Positions 1 to 12,600 of a DNA stretch of 64,000 nucleotides are shown here, in pieces. The number at the start of each line of letters is the position of its first letter. Within the stretch, counting starts at the first letter, position 1. The translations under genes and the position numbers were made by a program. The stretch is from Botryllus schlosseri (taxonomy: Eukaryota), in the NCBI GenBank assembly GCA_051294905.1, contig CM119384.1:11780001-11844000 (forward strand), written 5' to 3'. The notes under the pieces are model-generated. The model did no database searches and was not told the origin of the DNA. It saw only the letters and a list, made by a program, of their open reading frames with translations.

Positions 1-94
1 ATTTTGTTAGCATTTAATGACGTGAATTAGGCCTGCATGATTTGCGACCAAAATTACACATTTTGACCACAAACCAGTAACATATGATCTTTGT

Positions 95-230
95 TCAGTT
101 CATTTCAGTTTATAATTGTATCATATCAAAACACCAAAAATTGTGATAGTATGAAAAGGAAGGAAGGCCTTGAAACGACTTGGAATGGTCTTTCAATCAA
201 CTACCCACCTTGACATAGCTAGAATATCTA
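95..230 (-). mobile_element. LINE (L2/CR1-like) or LINE-dependent SINE 3' end, copy 1
   Basis: Homologous to 2405-2550 and 59220-59345 (caaaacaYcacaaa..gatacaatgaaaagataggaaggtgtcgaaac). On - it ends in a tataaac-tgaaatgaaactgaac tail. Confidence 0.6.
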
Positions 231-686
231 AATACGAGACATGCAAACCTTGAAGAAACAGCCGTATACATGCTTGACGTCTGTCGTATCGCTGGTGAAA
301 TACTGTTCTACAGTCGTGATACAGCATTGTAATATCTTGTAATTTGTTGTGAACGTATGGTAATTGGACAACGATGACCCGCATGTGATGTAAATATGTG
401 CGTTGAATTCTGGAGAGAAGGAGTTTAATTTTGTCATAAGCTTGCTTTTGCACAGCTTGTGTTCAGCACAGTAGTAGCGTACAACATATAAAATTGACTG
501 GGCTGCATGGAAAAGTTATTTGCTTTGCCAAAACAAGCAATTATGTGTTGTGTCGTTATCTTACGACATATGTTTGAACTGTAGTTGTGCATTTATACAA
601 ATAGTTTTAAGAGGAAATGATGATTTGTGAAAGTAATTACCAATGATAACTAGATACGGATATTGACTTACATTTTTTTTGTTCAG

Positions 687-3600
687 GGTCTTCTGCTTCC
701 AGTACAGTTATAACAATTACTGGAACCAACCTCGGAATTGTTGGCTCAACAACTTCGACAGTAACAATTGGAGATAGTGACTGCAGTGTCACAAGCAACA
801 CGGCTACAAGCATTACTTGCATAGTATGTTACATCTACTTCCATCTTACGTACTCATTGCAATGTACTTGATATTAGCTTCAAGCTGGGTCCCTCGGAAC
901 ATATGACTTGGTGCTGAATGTTGGTGGAAAAGGCTTCGCAAGAAAAACGTCTGAGTCTACATCTCTTCTGTTTACGATTTCCGGCTCCGTGTCTTCAATA
1001 AATCCAAATTCTGGTTTTAAATCAGGTAAGGAAGAAGAAAAATACGACAATACATTTGACATTCTAGGAATATAGTATAACAAAATTAATATGATAGTTT
1101 AGTTTTGCGTCAGGAGTCCAATTACTCAAAATAGTTCCAGTGCTGATTGAAATTTAATGTTTTTTAAATTCTTTATTGTACCTTCAAACTGAACTTGATC
1201 CTTCCACCATTATAATGGTCCGAGGGCTAATGTTTGTCAAAATATTCACCCTTAATTTGGTTAGCCAGTAAGTAAGTTTGCACATGCCTCTTCTGTACAG
1301 GTGGAACACTCGTAACTATCGGTGGGTACGGATTTTCCTCAAACACAGTCTTCACATTCGATTCATCTCCATGTGAAATCCTTGATGTGGTGGCGACTGA
1401 GGTCAAATGCCGTACACCAAGCTACGGATCATCAACTTCAGTAACCGGTAAATTTTCTGCTTGCCTACTTGTTCGTTTTTCATATAACATACATTTTTAT
1501 AAAAAATGTTTAATCTCTAGTCAGTGCTATGGACGGTGCTATCAACCTCGGCAGCACATCTTTCACCTACACTAATGCTGATGCGGAGGTGGTGTCAATC
1601 AATCCCACAACGTCTACCTTGAACGGTGAGATATTTTTAGCCTACGCAGCAATACATATTTCCATATGTTTGCAGCTGAATATTCTACTCCATATTTTAG
1701 CTCCATAACCCCTGTAGTGCTTGTCATTTTGAAATTACAAGACAAGGGAAACTCAAATATCTGATGCTACTAGTAACATTGACTTCTCCAAAGAATATGT
1801 GACATCAAACCTCGATTTATTTCTCTTGTGTTTGATACGGTGTTTCGATACAAGCCCAAGAAATTTACCCATTGACAATCATTGCAACTCTGTCTCAGAA
1901 TATAGTTTGCTTGCCAAACTTTCAATGTCCATTGACAATTCAATGGATTTTAACAATTCTTTTGCAATGCTCCGATTATATGATGCACCAAACATGATGA
2001 ATAGGCCTACTTATTCGCTGTCCTAGTTTACTTGATCTTTTTTTTTACCAATTTTGCTACCAAATAAAATCACACTTTGAGGAATATCAATTTGCATTTA
2101 GCTCTTGCATACCACCCTCTACGTTGTCAAATTATGTTCAAAACATTATTATATATAGAGACTGATTTCGTCAAGCCATAGCCCAATCAATTATTAATTA
2201 ATTATCAAGACTTTTATCAATATTTAATTTTTTTAATGGTACTAAAGTTTGCATCGCTCCAAGTTAATGCCATGAGTAATATTTCAGAAACAACTTGTAA
2301 TCATCATGGGTGTATAACCCTGCCACAGCAAACATGCTGTAATATTCAAATTACATAGCTCTATTTTTGATTCAATTCACTGCTGCAGTAATATACTATC
2401 TTTAGATAAATCAATCAATCAGGTTTATTAATATTTTCATCGTTTCAAAACATCACAAAACTGCGATACAATGAAAAGATAGGAAGGTGTCGAAACAATT
2501 TGGAGTACGGTAGCCTTTAAGATCAGACACCCACCTTAGCCTAGGCAAAGTAAAGATAAACAGCATGACAGCATGCTGGGAATGTCGATATACGCAATGC
2601 GCATAGTTAGTTTAAGGGCTATATTGCTGCATATCTCAACATACCTACACTGTCATCTCACACTGGGATTTTGTGCCATTAGGTGGAAGCAACGCTACGA
2701 TTACTGGTGTGAACATTGGTCAAAGTAATGCAGTTGTGATGGTTGGAGAAAAGGTGTGTGATATACTTGAGAGCTCGGACAACCAAATAACGTGCAAGCT
2801 TCCACCTGCTCCAGTTGGGGTGTATGATGTAAAAATCATGTATGAAGATAAAGGATATGCTGATGGGTGAGTACATGGAGGGACTAGTGATGCGATGAAT
2901 AGTACGTTATTCTTTGAAAAATTCTTGTTTGGTTTTCAACTTGGTCCGTCAACATATGAACAAAATATTTTAAATATTGGGAGCATTGTGGGAAGGGTAT
3001 TGCTGAAATCATAGCCTTCATAACTATAACTGAAGGTTTGAAGTTTGCCTCTGATACATATTCGGGATTACATAGTATTATATCACCACCCATTTAAGTA
3101 AATTTTGCATTAAAGCATATATTCAATTCAGACCTGCTACTATCGCATACAATTTGGAAGTGAACAATGTTTCACCTCTAACCGGATCCAGGAATGGCGG
3201 CAATACAATTACTATCACTGGCACGGGATTCTCTGAGGACAACACGATGGTACATAGACATTCTGTAATTGTACACTGTGCAGTGGGCAGCATAGATTGG
3301 AAACTTTTTCAGGTTAAAATTGGAGACACGCAATGCAAGATTCAATCGATTACAAGTACTATGATTGAATGTGTCTCGGGACCGTCGGCAAAAGTCCATC
3401 TTGTCACCAATAACGGACGTCATGCTAGTAAGTTTCCACGCTTGAATATTTGTAGTACATTCAAATCTGAAAATGTAACGTTTCTTACCATTACTTGCTT
3501 GGCCATTTTACCAACCATCATTTCTTTTAGCCTTGTGAACGTGAATTTATCCTGTACCTTCATTAGGTATTTTCACAGGTAATGTGAAAAGCAGTTAACC

Positions 3601-6600
3601 AATGTAATTTCCTTCGATAACTATTTTGGTATGTTTTATCCGATGTTTTGTAACATGTTGTGTAGCGATAATACCCACCATAAATTATTCAGATGGTTAT
3701 GTAACGATAATTATATATCTATTACGTCTGGTGCTTTGAAGAACCAGTCTTTCAATAGACCATGTCTAATATCTGAATACAGCCAAATATTTTTTATTTA
3801 TCAGTTGCGTCATTCATAATTATCATAATTCTACCATTCCATTATTGAATAGAAGATATTTGTTATTTTTGCATAGCTTTGTCATGAATAATTGATTTTA
3901 AAAAATTCTTCTCAGCTCAAGGCACCGGTTACGCGTGGGATTCACTTGTCCTCCACGTAGAATCTGGTGATACGGTGACGTGGAAATGGGAATTTCAAGG
4001 TGCAGAAGGAGGCTGGGAGTGGGGTGCCCGAGTGTTCACTACGGCGACAGCGAGTAGTGATGTATATGATGAAGTCGGATTTGAGTCCAGTCCAGATAAA
4101 TCGGAAAAAGGTCATTTCTTGCATTTTTTGTTACTAGTCACTATTTCAGGAAATATGCCGTGTTATTTCCTGCTCATAATGCTTATTGTGAACCCAAAAA
4201 TGTGGCCTTCAGATTTCTTGCCATTCTCATATTTTTACCTCAAGTACTTTTGAACTTGGAACACACTGCTTCATATTTTATATGATTTATATTTCTATAA
4301 TTTTCACATCAGTTAAGGCAAAGTCTTCTACTTATTTCCATGTTAACTGTGACTGGCACGTTATTCTTTTCGAAGCTCAAATATTTACTCAACATTCTTT
4401 TTTGAAATGTCATGCCATAATATACCACAGCTTGAAGTGTCTAACTACAAACAAAGCTTAAGCAAAAATACATATATATAATCTTTTTTCTTATTCCATC
4501 ATCACATAATAACATATCACTCATATTATGCACATTTCTGAGGTTGGTTTCTTGATTGATTTCTTGGTTGCCGCATTTGAGAATATCGGTACTCATTGAC
4601 TTCTACATTATCAGCAAATCTCTCTGTCGTTGAACCAAGGTTGTTATGTATTATGCATATTCCATGTCCAATTATGTGATGTAAAATTTCCCTAATTACA
4701 TTATAAATGAAGCTTAGTGAAACCTGCAGTTTCAAACCATTCTATCTTCAGCCGACTGCGAGCTCGAATCACCACAGTTCTTGAAATCGCATATAAAACA
4801 CGGGGTACACAATAATACAACCTCCCGAGTTTCTTCAAATTACGAGCCAATTCACTGCCTCAGAGCAGCAGACCATGATCAATCTGATGAGGGTGTATCG
4901 GAAATGACTCCAAACTGCCGTTTGCACTCTGGTTCTTGTGCAAACCATATTGGTGCATGCGGACCTGTATGTATGAATAATATTTAAATAATTAGGTTAT
5001 TTACCTATATTTACAGGCAGTTACAGCTACACCTTTAACAATGAGGGTACTTACTTCGTCTCAAGCGGTAAAGTCGATCATCCAGATTGGGGCAGTGTGG
5101 AAATGAAACAATCGATTATAGTTGAACCATCGCTATCAAAAGCCAATACTGTCAATGTCACTGTTGGTGGATATGAGGCTGAATATAATGTTGGTAAGCA
5201 TGTGATATATGTATATATGTTCTGTAGCCTTGTTATTTGGATCACCGCACAGTTTGTTTCAACTGCTAGCAAGAATGTTGCTGACTCGCTTCAACCGACA
5301 ACCAGCGTGTGACAACTCCTTTATTGATTGATATATGTACAGGGGGAGCGGGTCGCCGGAAACGAAGTACGTGTACCCCTCTTTCAACGATACCCAGCTG
5401 CACTCCTAGCTCTGTTTCATCCGAATCTGGGAAATTTTCTGTTGTCACGGACGAATGCTATTCACCAAAGATCACTGCCGTCTCTGTCAACGAAGGATAT
5501 ATTGGGACTGAAATGAAAATTACTGGTAAAATTGATGTAAAACGATGTATATTGTGTCAAGGTACTGATAAGAGTCCCCCAATAAAAGACTGTACACAAA
5601 CGTTAATCTTTTTCGATATTTTGAAGTTGAGTGCTCGAACAGCATGTGCAAGATATCCCTTTCTCTCTTCAGGCATATCATGAACTTGCAGAATTTAGAA
5701 TCACTTAGATTTCACAAGTGTTTACGACAGTTTTGTAATGCATGAATTGCAAATACAGCATAATTTATCATGATACAGAGTTATGTCTCATCATTGTAGC
5801 AAAATTATGATAATTCTGGGTTTTCCCATGATGGAAATGATTTTCAAATTGATTTGAAACTGGTACAAATATAGAATACAAATAGGACTTGAAATTCCTT
5901 GTTACTTCATATTTCCCAATACTCCGCTCTCTTCCTAATAAAGGCTTTAATGAATGAGTGGAGAAGTGTCATACTAAAAATTTATGCACAGGGGAGGGAT
6001 TTGCCTCAAGCAATTGTGCCAACAAAGTCGTCATTGGGTCTGGCCACGCTGGCGAATACGGCTGCACTGTAACCTCGTCCACCAGTGCCGAGATAACGTG
6101 CACAATTGCTCCGGAGGAGGGTACTCCAATCTACACAGCACTTTATGTAAGCTGCTATGTACTGACTGGCAATATTTCTAGTTATGCATAGTATTATGAA
6201 TTCAGCCCCATGAAGCTTCTCCTATAGCTTTAAAATTGACATAGGTACAATTTGACAACACTACATTCTGGCAAGCATGCTTGAAATCAATATTTGAATT
6301 ATGTTAGGCTTGACACTCGATGAGTGTTGTGAATTTGATGTCTTGTGATATGATAACATTGACAATCTTTTCCCTTCAATTTTGCTACCAATAATATCCA
6401 TCTATCTCGCTCTTATATAGAAGTTTTCTGCTGATTAATGGATTTAAAGTGAAATTGGCAGCCACGTGGACTTTTGTTGTATTGCAGGTTGACGTCGAGG
6501 TACTGGGAATGGGAAAATCCAGTTCCTTTATTGTGAATGATTCCGACCGGCGTTTTACACTTCTTCCGAGCATTTCATCGATCGGCCCCACCAAGGGATC

Positions 6601-9600
6601 GCTATCGGGTGGTACTTTGCTGACAATATCAGGTCTGTTTTTTGCATCGTGATGGGAAATCTTGGTAGTGCCACAGTGCAAAAAGAATAATGGAATATTC
6701 ACCATCGAATGTGTTATTGATTTCGCAGTGTCTTTTAGTTGCATTGGCTTAACATGTCACCGAAACAAGTAACTAGACCAAACAACCGTTTGAAATGCAT
6801 TGAGTAAATACCGATTCAGAGATATTCGGAAGCAATAAAAATATGAGCCAAAAAGTCAACTGTAACTTACTTCTATTACTTGGCGAATGATCCTGTATAT
6901 CGGATAGAGGTTATTAACGATTATATTCGTGAGCTATATGTTTCTTGTTCATGTAATGTGCAAAATACCGCCTCATCGTGGAAACAATATATTCCAAAAA
7001 CCATGTTTATTGTCAATGATGTTACGATTGTCGATACTTAACTACTGTTTTGGATTTGAAATCTGATAATGCACAGTTATAAGTAGTTTAATGACAACAC
7101 CATCCAAATAAATTATATCAGTTGAGCACCACCTACTCGAGTACTTGGAAATGGTGTAAAGCACTTCTATTCTGTGGTACCATTACTTCAAGTTATTGTC
7201 TAACCCAGTGATTCTCAACCGCGGCTCTCCGAGCCGCATGCGGCTCTCGACTGCTCTCCGTGCGGCTCTCACTAACGATGTGAAATCATTGATGCTTCTA
7301 CGGAAATTCTAATTATTCATGATCATAAATAAATCGCGCCTTCAACACAACAAATGTACGTTTATGTTCACGTTTACTGACGCGAAGGTCATTCCCTGAT
7401 CACAATAGAATCCTACGTAATACAAGTTGTACGGGTTGTGACGTAACATTACCGATAGTAATTTCGGTAGGCTTTAAATCCGAACCTTTACTGCTTTACT
7501 GAAGGCTCTGACCGTCTGACCTAAGCCTAATCAGGTGTCTGTAATGAGACGGGCGAAGTTTATTTCGCTCGAGACGGCGGCTCATATTAGAATACGGGTG
7601 ACAAGAGACTCGGTCAATAAGACAATCAACGTTTGGGGTAACTGCAGGTACTTTATTTTCTTACTCTTTGCTTTGATCTTGATAGCGTTAGAAAATATCG
7701 GAGACTTTGGTTCAATGATAATGTCAGGTTCAGATCAACCTGCAAAGAAATCTCGCACCCTTGTGCAAGAAAATCGGGCCTTTCAAAGTGAATGGGAAGA
7801 GGCGTATTTTCAAATTGAGGAAAACGGCAAAGCGAAATGCCTTCTGTGCCCTATAATAATAAACGGTGTAAAATCTTTCAACGTTAAGAGGCATTATAAA
7901 ACACATGCGGGAAAATACGACGTCTATCAAGGTGAATCAAGGAAACGGAAGTTAGAATGTCTGAAATCAGAGCGTAGCAAACAAGGAAAAATGTTTTTAA
8001 AAAAAAAAGAACCCGAAGAGGTAACAATAACATCATATAAGATCAGTCATCTATTGGCCAGCAATATGAAGCCATATTCTGATGGCGAAATTACGAAGCA
8101 GGCTATTGTTTTGTTTACCGAAGACAATTGTTCTCCTGCCATTCAGCAGAAAGCTAAAAAATTGCAGCTTAGCAATGATACAGTAACGCGTCGTGTCGAT
8201 TGCATATCCCAAGATCTGCATGAGCAACTTATTCACAAGTCGCAAGATTTTTCTTACTACTCGCTTGCTCTTGACAGCACTAACGACATTACCGACATAG
8301 AGCAATTAGCTGTATTCATCCGGGGAGTCATGCCAGATTTCAAGATTTGCGAGGAGTTTCTTACTTTGCGATCTATTCATGGCACAACGAAGGGAACCGA
8401 CATGTTTCGTGAATTTCATGCTACTCTTCAAGAAGCGCATTTAGACCCATCGAAATTATATTCATTGGCGACAGATGGCTGCCCAGCAATGCTCGGCAAA
8501 AATCTAGGTCTTCAAGGACTCGTCAACAAATGGCGTGCTGAACAGAATCTTGACGCTGTGACTTGGCAACACTGCATTATACACCAGGAAAGTCTTGTTG
8601 CTAAATCATTAAAGATGTCCAATGTGACAGATATAGTAATATCGACCGTAAATTGGATTCGAGCAAACGCACTTAACCATCGAAAATTCAAGGCTTTTCT
8701 CACCGATATTGATGCTGACCATGGAGACTTGATCATGTTCACCGCTGTACGATGGCTAAGCCGAGCTGCATGCCTCAAAAGATTTTACGCGCTACTTCCT
8801 GAGATTAAAATATTTGTCGAAGGAAAGAAAGACATCCCTCAGTTGGGAAACGAACACTGGGTTGCTGACTTGGCGTTCATGGTGGATATTACCTCACACC
8901 TGTCGTCACTAAATCGGAACTTACAAGGAAATAACAAGCTCTGTCACGCCTGGTACGGGACAGTGTCTGGTTTCATTGAGAAATTGTGTCTTTGGAGAAA
9001 GCACCTAGAGGAGGGTGTTACGACACATTTTGTAACGCTTTCAAACCACCGACAGAATGGATCATTCAAAACATATGACCAGGTTATTAGTACCTTGATT
9101 GACGGGTTTAAACGTCGAATTGAGGGAATGCATCATTCCGTACCCCTGATGAATATATTTTCAAACCCAATGGCAGTAGATGCCGCCACTGCCCCTGATA
9201 TTTTTCAGATGGAACTGCTGGACTTGCAGTCCGATATAGAATTGCGACTGTTGTTTCAAAGCAATGGACTCCTTGAATTTTGGGGTGCTGTTCCTGAAGA
9301 AAAATACCCCAACCTGATAGCTAACGCATCGAAGAATGCCTGCATGTTCGGTTCAACCTATGTATGTGAAGCCCTTTTCAGCAAATTAGTGAGGATCAAA
9401 AGCAAATATCGCAACCGATTGACTGATCGTCATCTGAAACAGCTCTTGTGCACAGCTTCCTCCACGATGAAACCTCGTTATGACAAACTTGTGAAAAATC
9501 AAATTCAATTTCAAGTTTCGCACTAAGTTGCAAAATAGATAGTGATCACCACAGATTTAGCGTCACGCCTTGTTCATCCAAACTCAATTCACATGCTCTC

Positions 9601-12600
9601 GGAACTCAGAAAGATTGTGGATTAAGTCTCAATAAACATGTTGTGACGCTAAATCTGTGGTGATCACTATCTATTTACTATCTGGAAGAATGTAAATTGT
9701 AAATCATCCGCAATCGGCTTCAACGGTGAAGGGTATACCTCGGTATACCATCGGTGAAGGGACGTGGCTGGGTAACGTCGTTTCGGAAGTTGTCCGTATG
9801 GGGAGTGCCCGCTGTCACAGTGTCGTCTGGGGAAATTGTCGTATTTGTTTTGGCCGTCGCTGTTTGAGCCAATCGCGGTTTTGGCCGTCGCTGTTGTGGC
9901 CGTCGCTGTTGTGGCCAGTCGGTGTTTTGGCCGTCGCTATTAAGGCCGTCGCTATTTTAGCCGTACACCATTTCGTTGATACCATTTTTGATGATATTTT
10001 TCTATTCTCAATAAATTACGTTATTCGTGCCATCATGCGGCTCCCGACAGAGTTGAGGTTCATAAAATGGCTCCCACAGTGAAAAAGCTTGAGAACCACT
10101 GATTTAACCTGATTTGTGATGCCAGAGTATGTACTGGTAACCATATAGGATTGTATAAGAGTTCAGTTATATCAAATATTTCGATACAATTAAAAGATAT
10201 TCGAAGAGCTTTGAGGTACAGAACTTCAATTTACAATTGAATATTATATTCGTATTGAAATGAACCCGAATATTTTCGGCTGACACTTATCAGGGGTAAT
10301 CGTCAGCAACTAGTAGAGAATCGGAAAGAATATTGTTGATTAAAAGGTAGTGTGATAGGAATAGTGTGTTAATCAAACATCCTTACAGAAAATAATAATA
10401 AAAGAACCTGTGAATGAGAGGCTTGCAGACTGAATGAAAAGTTACATAAGATAACATAAAATAGACAAGCAATGAAAATGAAGTGTCATGTCTCATATAC
10501 CATTCAACTCCAGGTAGCGGATTCTCTTCGGATTTCTCAATCCTGGTGGGTTTCCTTGCCTGCAATATTGAAACGGTGGATTACTTTGAAATCAAGTGCC
10601 GCACGTCTCCATCGACAACCGCAGGAACTGTAGAAGTCACCGCTACCGTCAGGTTAGTCGTGCAGGATTGGAGCTATTTGAATTCGGCAAGTCAAATCAT
10701 TCAATATCACTGAGAAAACATGTTTCTAGTGGCGCAAGTGTCATGTGTACCGGTACGTGCAACTACATGTATGACGCAAATTCGACTCCACAAATATCCA
10801 GCGTGTCTCCATCAACTGTTGTTACATCAGAAAACACAGAACTGACGTTGACAGGAACTTCTTTATCGAGTGACACCACTGTTACTATCGGTGAGTTTAA
10901 TCAGATTCGGATGATATTGTGGTTTCTGATCTCGGCACAAGCAAAGGCATGTCAGTTCTATTGTCATAAAATTGTGATTTGGGCCAATAAATCTTGTATT
11001 ATAACCTTTTTTCTCAACGATATTTGCGAAAATATCGTTGAGACTATTTCCTTGCGTTGTTTGATCACATATATGAATCAACATATGCTACACTTGAGGG
11101 AATGGATCGGATTACTATAATAGACTGGCTGTTCCAGTTATTGGCAGAACGAGAATTTACCCAAGACATGGCTATCGATGTAATAGGAGTCAAATAGTTT
11201 ATATTGCAGCATAAATATTCTTTTCTTCCATGATTAAATGTTCTTTCAATATCATAAAATTGGAAAAATTGGTAACTACAAAAATTGTAAGGTTTTCATG
11301 AGTGAATTTGACCAATTCCTATCCTACGCGAATACTGTCATCGGTGTTATATTAGAATGTAATACTGAAGAGTCAATCATTAAATGAGCCTTTCTAAAGG
11401 GAATTCTCTATCTTTCCATGTGTTCGATTTGCATCAATTTGTTTTTTCCGTCTTGTAGGTTCGGAAAGCTGTGCCGTGTCAACCTCATCTGCCACATCCT
11501 TGACTTGCACCATCGCCCAGATTCCAGCGGGCGTCTATTTTCTACAAGTTCAAGTGCCAGGCGTTGGGAATGCGCAAACTGACCCATCCGCTACTTACAT
11601 AGTCAGGTTAATGAAATGTTTAGATTTAGCAACTTGAGTTGCCAGACATGAAGAGTAACGAAACACTGAAGTACGTCATTGGTATTATGGTTTGTGCTAT
11701 TGTGTGCAGCATGTTTAACATGTATATTGATTAATGTTCAGGCGAATTGAATCAATAATATGCGATTGGACACTGGGAACTGACGATGTCTTGGTGATCA
11801 TTGCTCACCACAAGGCTATAATGCACTTGAATTGCTACTACAACAGCCACCCACTTTCAATCCCGCGTTATAATTTATACAATTGCTGATAACATCTTAT
11901 AGGGTCATTGCACTCTAAATATGATGTATTCTCAAATAGATGATAAAATCGTGAAAAATGTTGGTCACAGTTATTTTCTTCAAAAAACCACCGTAAAGAA
12001 GCTGCACCTAAAACAAAATTCCAACTATTCTCATTGTAAGCTAGTTGTTTGCGTGGATAAATTACCAGTGTGACGAGTCTGCGCGTCTCCGCTGCTTAAC
12101 GTGTTGCGAAATTGCTGACACAAATTATTCACTTGCACTTGCTCAACCCAGTTTTTTAATATGCGAAGTCCATATTCTAGTCTAGCCAAATTTTTTTCCC
12201 GTTCGATCTTTAATTTGAGACCACACCATATTTAAAGTGCATTGCCCCTTCAAGAACTGCGACGTTGATTTAAATATGGTAAAAGACACAGATAGTAACT
12301 AAAGGTATTAATTACAGCTCCCTTATCATCACATCAATGTCTCCAGTCAACGGTAGTAAAGAGGGAGGAACAACGATTGAGTTTACTGGGAATGGATTTA
12401 CATGTGACGATATTGAAGTGAAAGTGGGCAGCAAAGATTGCGTGATAAACACGGATGCTCTCACCAACTTCCAGGTATGGTATTGTGCCGCAACTTTGCA
12501 TGATGTGTAGTGTGCAACATGTAAGTAATCTATTTCATGTCATATTTTAAATGATATTTAAAAAGATGGAATGCGTGACGGTCGCTCAGAATGCCAAATA

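Larger units (their letters stand above)
7206..10101 (+). mobile_element. Full-length hAT DNA transposon (SPIN/Buster/Charlie type) in an intron of gene 1
   Basis: TIRs cagtgattctcaacc (7206) and reverse complement cagtggttctcaagc (ending 10101), 13/15 identical. 8-bp TSD gtctaacc/atttaacc, 6/8 identical. Subterminal gcggctc motifs at both ends. Internal transposase ORF. Confidence 0.92.

Noticed and set aside
7535-7714. N-terminal 60-aa extension of the transposase in the ORF track
   Set aside because: It starts at GTG and has no transposase-like features; the first ATGs are at 7715 and 7721.
9847-9966. Repeat array as a possible CRISPR
   Set aside because: Units are 15-16 nt, contiguous and without unique spacers, in a eukaryotic context with no cas genes.
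9726-10082. 118-aa ORF with repeated WPSLL
   Set aside because: It starts at GTG and simply reads through the 15-mer tandem array; no recognisable domain.
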